NCBI RefSeq assembly: GCF_006345805.1
Contig: NC_043009.1
Location: 32,922,001-32,986,000, forward strand
Source: Octopus sinensis
Taxonomy: Eukaryota
Length of the DNA stretch: 64,000 bases
Direction of reading: 5' to 3'
The translations under genes were made by a program, and so were the position numbers. Shown here piece after piece: positions 27,601-40,050 of the stretch. The notes below the pieces were generated by a model. It saw only the letters and a list, made by a program, of their open reading frames with translations, had not been told where the DNA came from and made no database searches. Every line of letters starts with the position of its first letter. Position 1 is the stretch's first letter.

Positions 27601-29499
27601 TAATTAAGATTCAGTTGAATTAAGTAGGCACCTTACTAGTTCGGTATAATATGCACACCTCAACGAGAAAGGTTTCTTCTAAATAGATGTAATGTTTTCA
27701 TCAAATTGATGAACTAAATGGAGCCACTTGAAACGGCCGTAATGAATTGACACCTTTACGTCTTTGCTACTTATTTATATTATATATATATATAGCATAA
27801 AGGAAAAATTTTATCGTCACTAATTTTTGCTGGGGGGACCCGAAGCACTTGTATTGCAAGAAACCTCGTAATATTGTAAGAAGCGCGCAATATATATACA
27901 CTGACAGGCGAGATAACGGCCCATATATAATATAACATATAATATAATGTAATATAAAATTGATTAACACAAATTGCAACAAAAATGTTCATGATATAAA
28001 AACGATGTAGCACCGATATGAAGAAAAAAATAAGGTGCGCAGACACCAACTATTCACTTGGCCCCTACCCAACTCCAAAACTGTTTGCAATCTATGAGCG
28101 GACGTCCCTAATTAGCCTCTAACGGAAGTGATGCTATACACAATGACACACAAAAATATGCATGACAAATAACCTACAATCTGTTAGCAAGATATAATGT
28201 AAAAAGATATAGCAGTTTCGTTTAAATAGTTGTACAAAATAAGTACTTATTGATGTTTAAAGCCGATTGAGTTGATTTACATCATTACTTATATATCGTC
28301 CCAGAGAAATCAAGGATTAAGTTAATCCATTGAGATTTCAACTAGTTATATACAAAGATTAGGAAAATAACCATAGTAGTTATGTCGGCACATTTCCCGC
28401 TCTCCTCGATTGAACTATTTTTTATATTATTTCATAATTATGGATTGTTACCGACTTTTGCAGGGTGTACTATATTTTGTAGATGAAATTTAAAACATTT
28501 TAATAATTCTTGAACTGGGATGAAGGATAAATATATGGAATATGTCAAACTCTTTAGATGTATCTGATCCTTAGTTCTGAAAGCTGTGTACTGTTTTGGT
28601 ATTGAGAAAGTAGTATTTTACTTTTGAACAGAAGAAAGGGAAAGCGTCTCAAAATTTGCAATCAATCATTGGCATTATCTTTTAAAAGGGACACGGGTGA
28701 ACTACTATAAAATTGTAAAAATCTAAGCTATTTTCAAAATATAAAAGACTATGTTGTGAGTATCTAAAAGCTTTTCAAAATATATATATCTAGATGTATG
28801 TTGCCAGTTTTGGTTCAGGATCCAAGATTCAGATTTGCTTTTGATGCAGATTTAATGCGGTTAATTATCATGCAGGAAACTGAAAGGTTGTCTTTCATCG
28901 CTTATCACTTTTTCCATTCTCCGCCTGGCTGCCTGTCAGTCTGTCTGTCTGTCTATTATTGTTTCTCTCGCTCTGTCTCTTTTTCTCTCTTTCACTCTCT
29001 GAATTGTTTTGTATATTTATAAATCTGATTCGATTATATTTTAGAGACAATGTCTTCTAATACTGGATGTCTGACAACACTTGGAGAATAGAGTAGAAAG
29101 ACGTTTGAAAAGACTGCAGAAGTGGGGCTGATCAGATTTATGAATGAGAAACTGAAATATAATAAGGGAGGCCCTTAATAAAACTTAATAGGAATTATTT
29201 CTCCAATACTTCAACGTTAGAACGGCCATTAGTATCGATTTCTCAAATGAAACGTATGTGGTTGTCAGGTAGAGAGACGGCAACTGGAGATGTTTGAGTT
29301 ATTTCAAATGGCATTAACGACACAGGTTATAGGAAACAGACAATCATTGTTCATCGACAAATCACTCTCGCATTGCAGTTGAATACAGTCCCATTGGATT
29401 TAGTTAATCTAAATGTTATTGCTATGATCAGTGGCGAAAGGAAATGCAATAAAGAGTAGCTATTTGTTATACAGTGAGAACCATACATATACAGGCATA

Positions 29500-29913
29500 C
29501 TTTATATATGAATATGTATATACCTATTTATCTGTGTACGTACGTAGATATACATATGCATGCATATAAATACATATATATAATACATATATATATATAT
29601 ATCTATATATATATATAGATATATATATATATATGTATTATATATGTATATATATGTATATATATATGTAGAATATATGATAATGTATTATATATATATA
29701 TACATATATATATATGCCTATAAATACATATATGTATAAATATACATATATATATACATTTATATATATATAAATGTATATATATATTTATACATATATA
29801 TAATTACATATATATATACTTTAATATATATATATATCATATATATATGTATATATAAATGTATATATATGTATATGTTATATAATGTATTTATAGGCAT
29901 ATATATATATATT

Positions 29914-29965
<52 letters not shown>

Positions 29966-29975
29966 CGTACATACA
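29500..29975. repeat. long degenerate (TA)n field
   Basis: Direct reading. Confidence 0.95.
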
Positions 29976-31288
29976 CCTTGTTATATTTATCGTATGACCA
30001 CATATCATAGAGTGGAATATTTAATGATATAGTCATGTAGTGATAATACACTTTGGCGCATATTTTCATATCCAGGAATCCTAGACAACGATCATAACAT
30101 AACTGCATACATAAACATGAACAACATTTATGAACATTTATCTTTCTCGCACTGATTTTCCGGCATTGCATTATGCGTCTGATGATGGAAAATCATAACA
30201 CATTATATATCAATTTAATTGGGATTTAGGTTGAATTATTTCCTTATCAGGCTTTGAGTGGTAATGGAGATTTGTTTCGCTGGGAGATGTATTCAATAAC
30301 CTGTGTATTTTCTTTTGTATTGCTGAGATCATAGACAAAATGGTCGACTAACATGGCTGTAAACAGGTTATCACAGCTCAAAACTCAATGACCTAAAAAC
30401 ATTCGAATCTGGTCGCTTTAGTATGATCACAAAATATTTCCTTAATATGCAAATATTTTCCACAGCAACGTTCATCTAGATATTAACACCAAGCTGAGGC
30501 GCCACTCAAAAAGGTGATATTGTTTGAGCGGCTATTAGTGGACAAATAGCTAAAATATATCGCGGAGTGCGCACTTTTCTAAATTTCAGTACCGTAAAAT
30601 CCTCCACTACAACAAATATCAAAACAGTGAGTTAAGTATCTTGGTTATGTGTCATAGCGTTGATATATGTGTGCACCCATCCTGTAAAGATCCTATTTAC
30701 GTGTTCGATATTACATGTTTTTGGTAGTCCAAGTTTGATTTCTGTATTAGCGCAAAGCAAAATGTTTTTCCCCTGAAACAGGGTATGTGAATCACCATAT
30801 ATTTGTTTCTTTGCTTCTATAAATTAGGGGCCTGTGTTTGCACGCGCTTATTCCACTAAAGATTAGGACCGAGAAAATACACAATAAACAATTACCCATA
30901 ATGAAATTTACAATCAAATTTCGTTGGTTTTCCAGGCATTCTCAGAATGCAAATTCCAACAGTATGTTCACGGAACCCATCAATATAGAATTCTTTAATG
31001 TGTAATTTTATTTGTTCATAGAGGCTTTGGCAAACATGATTGCAGGGGAAAATTGTCCATCTTTTGCGAGTGCATGCATGGTCAAAATGTTATATACCCT
31101 GACTTCTGTATAATCGAATATATGTATGCGCGTTTGTGTATGCAGAAATATATACTTACCTATATATATTGTTATATATATATATATATATATACATACA
31201 GACATACATATATTGTAAATCTATATATACACACACTTGTATATATACAAAAATACAGATACCTAACCATAATATGCAAGTATGAAAA

Positions 31289-31334
<46 letters not shown>

Positions 31335-32334
31335 CATATAAAAACAGAAATAACCCAAAGAATGAGGTGGGTGTTTACTAGCAGCGTGCTTTCCATAATC
31401 TCCATGCAAATCATCTGACATTGCAGAGGGATCTACCAAAAAATATCGTGAAGAAACAGACTACAGCTCTCTGTAGAATATATTTGGAATAATGCTTGAC
31501 TTTAAAAACACTTTTTGCACAAAAACAGTTCTGATACAACTGCGAACGACATCATGATGAGTCGCGGTGTTTAACCGCTGAAGCTGGTAAGTTTTTATCA
31601 TGAAAACAAATATGCATACAATAAAGACAAAGACAAACGGCTAGAAACGAGGGAAGCACTCAATAGAAAAAGTGGGATTTATACGTATCATTTGGGTCGA
31701 AACTTAGAACGTCATTCATTGAAGTTAAGCTGACAGAATCACAGATAAAGCTTTATAAATATTCGAAAATCTATTTTGCTTAACATATCACACCTATTAT
31801 ATACTTTCAAATATATTTTTCTATCATGCTTCTTTTCCTCTCAGCAAAAAGAAATATTTGAAATAAAAGTTACATGAAAATCGAGGATAGAACTCAAGTA
31901 GCCTTAATTTCAAATGTATACTATGGGTAAAATATAAACCTAAAAACTTAAGTCAACAATGCGTGAATTGATCTAAGTAGATTAAAGATGGAGAATGGTC
32001 ATAGACTTCTATATTTTGTATACAATCTCGTTGTGGAAAGAAAAAGTGACGTATCAACTAAGCAAGTTTCGATTTTTATTGTAATTTCATCAATAACTAA
32101 CTATAGTTTTTCAAAGTGTCTTCGATGATGTTTTATTCATAGCCACTGTGTTACTGTGGCTGCGCTAACTTGGTTACACTGATTTGCATAAAAGACGTAT
32201 TTTTGGCAAGTAGTTCAATAAAATGAATTGCTAACGCGTTAGCAGTGTTTGTTTCTGATGTTATGATGGAGTACAAAGTTAAACCACATTTTATTTCGGA
32301 TTCTCTGAAGTAACAGAATCCCTTACAACTCTCC

Positions 32335-32490
32335 CGTATTCTTTTATTCTTTTACCTGTTTCAGTGATTTGATTGCGCCCATGCTGGAGCATCGCCTTTT
32401 TAGTGAAACTTATTTACCCCAGGACTTATTCTATCGGTCTCTTTTGCAGAAACGTCAAGTTACGGGGACGTAAGCACATGAATGCAGTTA
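32335..32490 (+). mobile_element. SINE family B body/3' fragment
   Basis: CCATGCTGGAGCATCGCCTTTTTAGT...CCCCAGGACTTATTCTATCGGTCTCTTTTGCAGAAACGTCAAGTTACGGGGACGTAA; homologous to 1-60 and 60590-60770. Confidence 0.75.
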
Positions 32491-32517
32491 TAATATATAT
32501 ATATATATATATATATA

Positions 32518-32643
32518 CTCGGCAGGCTTCTTTCAGTTTCCGTCTACCAAATCCACTCACGAAGCTTTGGTCGGCATGAAGCTATAGTAGAAGACACTTG
32601 CCCAAGGTGCCACGCAGTAGGAATGAACCTAGAACAATGTGGT
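32518..32643 (-). mobile_element. SINE family C, well preserved, truncated by the assembly gap
   Basis: GGCTTCTTTCAGTTTCCGTCTACCAAATCCACTCAC...GTAGAAGACACTTGCCCAAGGTGCCACGCAGT; homologous to 173-282 and 3665-3800. Confidence 0.8.
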
Positions 32644-32743
32644 NNNNNNNNNNNNNNNNNNNNNNNNNNNNNNNNNNNNNNNNNNNNNNNNNNNNNNNNN
32701 NNNNNNNNNNNNNNNNNNNNNNNNNNNNNNNNNNNNNNNNNNN
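32644..32743. other. assembly gap (100 N)
   Basis: Exactly 100 N, typical of a placeholder of unknown size. Confidence 0.99.
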
Positions 32744-32823
32744 GACATCTCTTATACATCACTTGCCCTAGGACGCTGGGTATGTCTCGGCAAGTGATTG
32801 TAACAAACGTGCAGATCAAGAGT
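32744..32823 (+). mobile_element. probable 3' end of another R4/Dong-like copy, followed by (TAA)n at 32824-32882
   Basis: Reads HLLYITCPRTLG... where the C-terminal HILRxxL is expected, then a short UTR and (TAA)n. Confidence 0.4.
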
Positions 32824-32824
32824 A

Positions 32825-32882
<58 letters not shown>

Positions 32883-32886
<4 letters not shown>

Positions 32887-33266
32887 TGCTTTCTAATTGA
32901 TGTATCAATACCAGCAGATGACAACGTGCCTCTAAAAGAAATGGAGAAACTCTCAAAATACAAAGACCTGGAAATAGAGGTAACCAGAATGTGGAATCTA
33001 AAAACAGAAACAATTCCTATCATAATAGGTGCATTAGGCATGATAAAAAAATATTCGGACAAATACATAACAAAAACACCAGGACTTGCAAACACATATA
33101 ACATACAGAAAATTGCACTACTAGGCACTGCACACATCCTACGCAGAACACTTTCCATACAGTAACCATCAGAGCATCACAACAAATCACAGCACATACC
33201 CAAGGCACACAGAGCTGCGCTCGGTAGTGAAGTGAAAGCACGCTATAAAAATAAAACTACTGAAGA
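32883..33266 (+). mobile_element. 5'-truncated R4/Dong-like retrotransposon: intact restriction-like endonuclease C-terminus plus 3' UTR
   Basis: Uninterrupted frame KCFLIDVSIPADDNVPLKEMEKLSKYKDLEIEVTRMWNLKTETIPIIIGALG...LLGTAHILRRTLSIQ* (stop at 33163-33165), the typical RLE D...ExxKxxKYxxL / PxxxGALG pattern; (TAA)n on both sides. Confidence 0.9.
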
Positions 33267-34439
33267 ATAATAATAATAATAATAATAATAGTGTGCACTA
33301 TAGTGGTAGCGCAGGACCAAGCTCTGGCCACGAACTCGAGGGTCAACCTTAGGAATGAGCAAGTCTCCCTGCTGTGCCGCATCTGCAATTGAGTGAATGA
33401 TATACAAAACATAAATAAGAAATAATGATGAGATCACCAAGTAACAGAGTGAGATAAGTAAAAATAGAAATGATAAAATGTAGCAAGAATATAAAAACAA
33501 TATAACAATCGTAATAATCGTCTCAGCATCGTTGCAGTTTTAGCAATAATGTATTGTTTTGGTGTCATCAATTTGTATTTTCTTTTGAGTATTTCTAAGT
33601 AATAATAATTATTTTTCTCTTTACTTTCGTTTTAAATACAATTATAGAGAGAACATATTTGTGACAAACTATAGATGGAAGTATACATTCATAGTGGTTA
33701 ACTCCTAATTAAATCTAACGTGACAGGCAAAGTTTTACAGTGTTACTATTTTCACTAAATAGCCGAAGATGATACTTAAGAAACAATATTTCAATAGTTA
33801 TGTTAATTGCATGGGTTTATAACATAATTTTGTAAAGCAATAAACTGTGTATATCTACAGTCCTTCTAGCAATAACGATGACGAATATCTATTATTCACA
33901 GACAAAGACAAATAAACCAATTGTGATAAGCCAATTGTTGTCTGAGGAAATTTTCTTGTCGGTGCTTTAAGATGCTTGGAAAGTCATTTGGTTTTAATTA
34001 TTAATAGGGTTCTCGAAAAATATACTTCATACAAGAGTGCAAATAGGGCCGGTTGTGTAGGAGAGAATTTCGCTTCCCAAAGTACTTCTAAGACTCTGAC
34101 ACTTATCCTAATGCGCGGTGTCTTAAGTGCTTTTCTTCCCGAACCGAAACAGAGATTGTGTTAGCGTATCATGGGCTCCATATACTTTAGTAAAGCTTCA
34201 GTTCGTAATATGCCCAAATAACTATAAAAATCCGCAACGTTCTAAACAGAGATATCTCGTCACGTAGTAGGTACTGTACAATTTATGATTTTGTAATGTT
34301 GAAATTAACACCTCTTTGTGTAGCTGAAGGGAAAATCGACTTTGAAAGGACGTATATTCTTCATGAAGGTGACCATTAAATTGGTATTGCAATATATCAA
34401 CAAATGCATTCCCTGCGCTAGTGATAGTATAAGGAGAAC

Positions 34440-35160
34440 CCTTAAAGTACACCGAAGCCTTTACCTATCTCGGCAGCGCATTGACTTGTACTAACTTTTA
34501 TTACTGCCACAAAGACTTGTGGCTCACCTGAGAAGCGTTTATGAGGCTTCCATGATATTGTCCGAAACACGAACATAAATGTATACAGTACTGCAGTGCC
34601 TCTTTACCTCCTCTACACCACGGACTGTATGATCCTTTAACGCAGACACATCAAGGCCCTGACGCGAATCCAACTTCGTCATCTACGTTCCATCTTGCAT
34701 ATCAAATGGCAAGATCACATTCCTGATATAGGAGTCCTGTACCGTGCTTTTACAGTTAGTGAGACGTCCTTATTACCTCGTCGCAGATGCGCTGGGTGGG
34801 TCATGCTGGGAGAATGGAGGGTGACAGGCTCTCAAAGATGGGATTTTACGCTAAACTGCGTCAGGAGAGGTGGAGCAGGCTTGGTCAGAGATTGCGATAC
34901 AGGTGTATGCTGAAGAGACATATGAAGAACTCCCCTTGATACCAGGGAAACGATCCTGTTGCATGTTGAGTGGAGCCCATTGCTGAAGCTCCAATCATTC
35001 GGGGAAGATAATAGAGAGGATAAGAAAGAGCCCTGCTACAGATCAAGATCAGACCTTGTAGCCCGCATGTGAGCCTACCAGAAATCATTGCTGAACTGAA
35101 CAGTCAACATCGAACTCAAACTACGGTCCGTAGCAGCCGCCGACCAAGACGATGACGCCA
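34440..35160 (+). mobile_element. RTE (BovB-like) LINE, decayed RT C-terminal region
   Basis: Translation FTYLGSAL...RRHIKALTRIQLRHLRSILHIKWQDHIPDIGVLYRA matches the RTE FxYLGS and LRxILxIxWQDxxxxxEVLxRA motifs. Confidence 0.8.
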
Positions 35161-36576
35161 TTTACATTCAATGCTTTACGAAAACTATTATTCTAAACCT
35201 GAGCATATCCACCATAAAGAAACATGATAAGCAAGGATGAATTTACGGCGCCAAGACGGTAATGACTGTAAATTGTTTGGAAGCGTCTGATAACGAGATT
35301 ATCCCATGTTTAATCCTACTTAAACTAGCAAAGTATCAGTTGCTTGTGGTTGACGAGATGCCATAAGTAAATAGACAGCTATTATAGAGAACGCCCGATT
35401 GTACAGAAATCTTTTGAATGAACTCCAGATTATAAAATACATTCATAAAAGATTATGATGTCGTTAATGTATCAATTCATGGATATTAAGAAACAAATAG
35501 AAACATATTTATATCCTATTAGTAATAATGAAATCGTTTTATATATATTAATATATATTTATTTATTGTACAGAGAACTAGTCTCTGGATATCGGTTTTT
35601 AAAATGTTACAATTTATAATTTATGTCGAAATAAATAGAAACTACAACAGGATAATAAAGAAAACGGATTTGCAAAGTAATGATGAAGTTGTTGATGGTC
35701 ACTACAACAACGTCAGATTCGTTTCAACACGTTTTCTCTTAAATAAAAATAAATTAGAGAATGCGTGGAGTTTCGCGGTATAGTATTTACCTTATAATCA
35801 TGCGATGGAAACTGTAGGGTTTCGTGCTTAACGGTTTCACATTAAAAGTGTTATTCTTCATAATGAGAATGATAAAAGCCATGAGAAAGAAGGCGAAAAT
35901 GAAGATGATAATGAGAAAGTTGTTATTAGAAGCAGCTACTGTTATTGTTGTTGCATCTGCTGACACGCATGATGTTGTTGTTGTTGTTGGTAGTGGCGTT
36001 ACTGTTGATGCTATTTTCATTAATTCACACGAAGTTCTGATAAGTAAAACACCTCGTATTTATTCGCCTTTTGTTTTCCTGATGAAAAACTGCCATAAAT
36101 CAATTTTTTGTCGACGACCTAAGGAAAAGGTGGCAGATTTAGGCTTAATCTAGCGTGCACAGCAATAGATATATTGCTTACAAAATGAGAAGTGATACTT
36201 CTAGACCGATTTTTCAATAATCTTAGGGTTTTTGTTCCAAACTTGCCAGCTGTATTTTTTTTCTTTTTATTTCTTTTTTTGGTTTTCAGTTTGCCATATC
36301 TATATTTTCTTTGCAAATAAGGTATTTGTGCCGGTAACCTAAGGAGATTATGGCCCTGAAATGTAAAGCAGCTGTTTGAACTTGGCCAGCTTAAAATTCC
36401 GGCTTGCTCAGTTAATGTTAGCTTGTGAGAAATGTGCAATAACTACGTAGTTAATACGTTGAACTAGTGGCTCATAGACTACGGTTTCAAATGCAATCTA
36501 TTTATATGTTCACAAACTATTTTTAATAAATTTTAAAATGCTTGGTCTCTCCCGCCCGCCTTTCTTAAATAGATTT

Positions 36577-36942
36577 ATTACCTCCGCCATCGCTAAGGCG
36601 GAGGTATTGTTTTCCAGTCATGTTTGCCTGTTTGTCCGAGGACAAGGTATCTCAAGAACCGCTGGATGGATCCTGATGAAAGTTTCAGAGATGCTTGGCC
36701 TCCTTCTGGTACGAACTGATTAGATTATGGGATCAATCCGACACAGGACAAGGATTCTGGATTATTTTTCCAGGTTTTTTTTTAGTTTTTGAGAGTGGTG
36801 GTGTTCATTTTTAGTATTCTCGTTTATGAGAGCAGTCGAGTTTATTTCAGATATTCTCATTTTCAAATCCATCTTTGATTAATCGTTGAGACGACGTTGG
36901 TGTTGCCTTGGCGGAGATTTGCGCTCTCTGAGAGCTCTTGTT
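36577..36942 (+). mobile_element. non-autonomous Helentron/DINE-1-like element (copy 1)
   Basis: 5' hairpin TACCTCCGCC-atcgctaa-GGCGGAGGTA; subterminal inverted repeat TTGGCGGAG at 36908; 3' hairpin GCTCTC-t-GAGAGC; T-rich flanks; second copy at 26609-26975. Confidence 0.75.
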
Positions 36943-37498
36943 ATTTATTATAATGATTATTAATACTAGTAAAGTTATTCCCAACGTGTTAGCACCGAAC
37001 TTACCATTTGGTTTTCATGCAGATCGTATCCCCAGGTATTTTCTCCAAGTTTATATTATGTACTGATGTTTTCAAACTCGCAGTGTTTACATCTCGTCAA
37101 TCTTTTCTCAAGCATATTTCGTAGCTAACTCAGATTTTTAGAGAAAATTGCCTGCAATACAATAAGGTTATTATTTAAGAGTAGAAATTCAATTAATCAA
37201 TGGTTTGAGAACAAGCCACTTAATTCGTCAGAATTTATAAGAGAAAAATTAACATTCAAGTTAATAAACTGTGGTAAACCTATTTTGGAGAATATTACTA
37301 AAACGTGCGACCTCCCATCTCTGCCATAAGAGTTTATATCTTCACAGGTACATAATTTGCTTGGAGGGTTGTCGTAAACCCATGCTCTAAGCAGTTACCA
37401 ATTCCTTCTTCACCCGAACATCTTCCTGCAATTGTCCATTTTTGTGGGTGGGTGGTGGTTCTGCTTTGCAGCTTATCGCACTACAATTCTACATACTC

Positions 37499-37828
37499 AT
37501 GGCTACAGACTCTAATTCCAGACCAGTCGATGAAAAGGAAAACTCATGGAATTAAGCTGAGCATTGGTGGACCTTAAAATACAAGGAGTTCAACAAACGC
37601 ATGTCAGAGAACAAATGGTGACTGTCTTTTCTACCTCGAAAATATTGCTACAAGGAACGACAAATTGCAAAGCACCAATATCAACCTCTAGAAGAACCTG
37701 TAATGCAAAACACTAGAGTTATTGTCTCTGGTGGCATCATCGTCTCTTCAGAACCGATCAGTGTTGAACATTACAAGACAGCTGTAAACTTCAGATGGAA
37801 GAATTATATGATATCGCAACATCTATAA
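37499..37828 (+). pseudogene. possible decayed coding sequence of unknown identity (110 codons, 2 internal stops)
   Basis: MATDSNSRPVDEKENSWN*AEHWWTLKYKEFNKRMSENKW*LSFLPRKYCYKERQIAKHQYQPLEEPVMQNTRVIVSGGIIVSSEPISVEHYKTAVNFRWKNYMISQHL*; not low complexity; no family recognised. Confidence 0.25.
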
Positions 37829-38027
37829 TTTAGATCGTTCTTCACAAAAAGAGATATAATATATATTATCTACAACCTAAAATGCGGACAGAAATCAGTA
37901 ATGTGTGTGTGTGTATGTGTGTGTGTGTGTGTGTGTGTAAAGTGAGAGAGGGAGAGAGAGAATGAAAGAGACGGACACAGAAAGAGAAAGAGAGAGAAGC
38001 CGACACTACGTAGCTACGTAGATATAT

Positions 38028-38110
<83 letters not shown>

Positions 38111-39502
38111 AGAGTAAATTGGGAATAGTTTGCTTTATATTTTCTTTTAACAATGATATAATGACGATCAAATGCAGATGTTTTTACGAAGAAAAATACC
38201 ATTGACTTGTAATTATTGTTTTGTGTATGCGTATATAAGTATATATATATGTGTGTTTGTGTGTGTGTGTGTGTGTATACATATATATGTATATACACAC
38301 ACACATATATATACTTATATATATATACATATATATGTATATAACAATATATATACATACATATATACATACATAGATATAATATATATATATATATTAT
38401 ATATACATATATATATATATATAGTTTTGATTAATTGTATTATAATATATTTATCTCCAACAATGCTATTCGGAGATTGTATGACATACTGCTTCATGTT
38501 GGAAGAATTTTTATATAAACCTATACTTTTGAAATACATTGGTATATTGCTGTGTGGAATCTTCTCTATTCGAAAAATCTTTGCAAATTATAAAATGGTA
38601 AATAATTATGTCGCCCTTCTTCAATTATTGATTTTTTTCTGCTTAAGATTTTATAAAGATTAAATTCATTTTCTACAGGATTTCTTTTAGATATATTTCT
38701 TGTTATAAACATTTAATTATTCTCTATCTTTTTACTGAGGTTTCTATTTCGTTCCAAATAGGTATAGGAATATTTATAGATATAAGTATAGAATATATGT
38801 TTGGACATATATCTAGTTTTCTATGTGTGTGTGTGTGTGTATGTGTGTGTGTGTGCGTGTGTGTGTATGCCTCTATATTTATTATATACCAAAAATAATA
38901 TAATAAATTTTGGCCGAGTTATCTATGGAATGGAACTATTATCAGAAGGGTGTATTCAGGATTTTAACAGCGTAAAAGGAGTTCGAGGGTTAAGCTTTCC
39001 ACAACCTCAACTATGGAAATAAAATGAAGCCTTAAGCGAACATTTTGAAATAATGATAAGTGTTAACAATTTCTCGCACACATATACACATTGAAACCTA
39101 GGGAACATTAACTCACTATAACACACACACACATACACACACAAATACACTGAGCTAATGTAAACAGGTGTATACACACGTATACATTCACACACACGCT
39201 GAGTTTTCGTACTTACATATTAGTGCCCAGTCATATTTTTATCCACTGCTCAAGCTTAAAATGTGACTCGTCACATACACACACACTGAACGAATACAAA
39301 CATGTATACACACATATATATAAACACACACATAGATACACACACGCGCGTACACACACATCTCACTACACTACACTCCGAGTTTTCGGAATTATACATA
39401 TTAGTCCCCAGCGGCTCATTCTTCAAATTTGACTAATCACACACGAACACACATACACATACACACGCACACACACGCACACACACACACACACTAGCAC
39501 AC

Positions 39503-39542
<40 letters not shown>

Positions 39543-39923
39543 GCTCATAATCTCGCATGCAATCCAGCAGACAAAATGAAATCTAAAACTACTGTTCGAA
39601 ATGCTAGAAATAGCAGCCAAATCTGCTAATCAAACATTGCCATCCTTTAAAAGAAACAACATCACAATGGCTGTTAATATAGCAACAACAGCAAAGAGCG
39701 GTTCATTGTCGAAATGTCTAGAGCGGTTGCAAAGTTTTATGCTGCGTCTTCTAGCTGTCTGTGTTGTAGGTTCAAATCCTGCAGACACCAACTTCGTATG
39801 TCATCATCTCGAGATCAACGTGGAAACTAAGTCTATACACGGCTCATGCCTTTTCTCTCCAATTCTTTTTCTTCGATTCATTCTTTCTTTTCTTTTTCCT
39901 TAACTCTTCCCTCACTCTCACAC

Positions 39924-39936
39924 TATATTATTATTA

Positions 39937-39986
<50 letters not shown>

Positions 39987-40050
39987 CATCATCATAATCA
40001 TCATTATTATTATTATTATTATTAATATTATTATTATTATTATTATTATT
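39924..40050. repeat. (TTA)n microsatellite abutting the 3' end of the minus-strand R4/Dong-like element
   Basis: Direct reading. Confidence 0.97.

Noticed and set aside
30324-30345. TGAGATCAT start resembling bantam miRNA
   Set aside because: Match limited to 9 nt with no precursor hairpin; I recognised no other conserved miRNA by eye.
32744-32765. TCTCTTATACA next to the gap resembles the Tn5/Nextera mosaic end
   Set aside because: Only 11 of 19 bases match contiguously, and the sequence continues as plausible retroelement 3' end.
39199-39420. ~40-bp direct repeat (GAGTTTTCG...CATATTAGT.CCCAG) separated by CA-rich spacers, superficially CRISPR-like
   Set aside because: Only two diverged copies with microsatellite spacers in a eukaryotic context; an ordinary minisatellite-type repeat.
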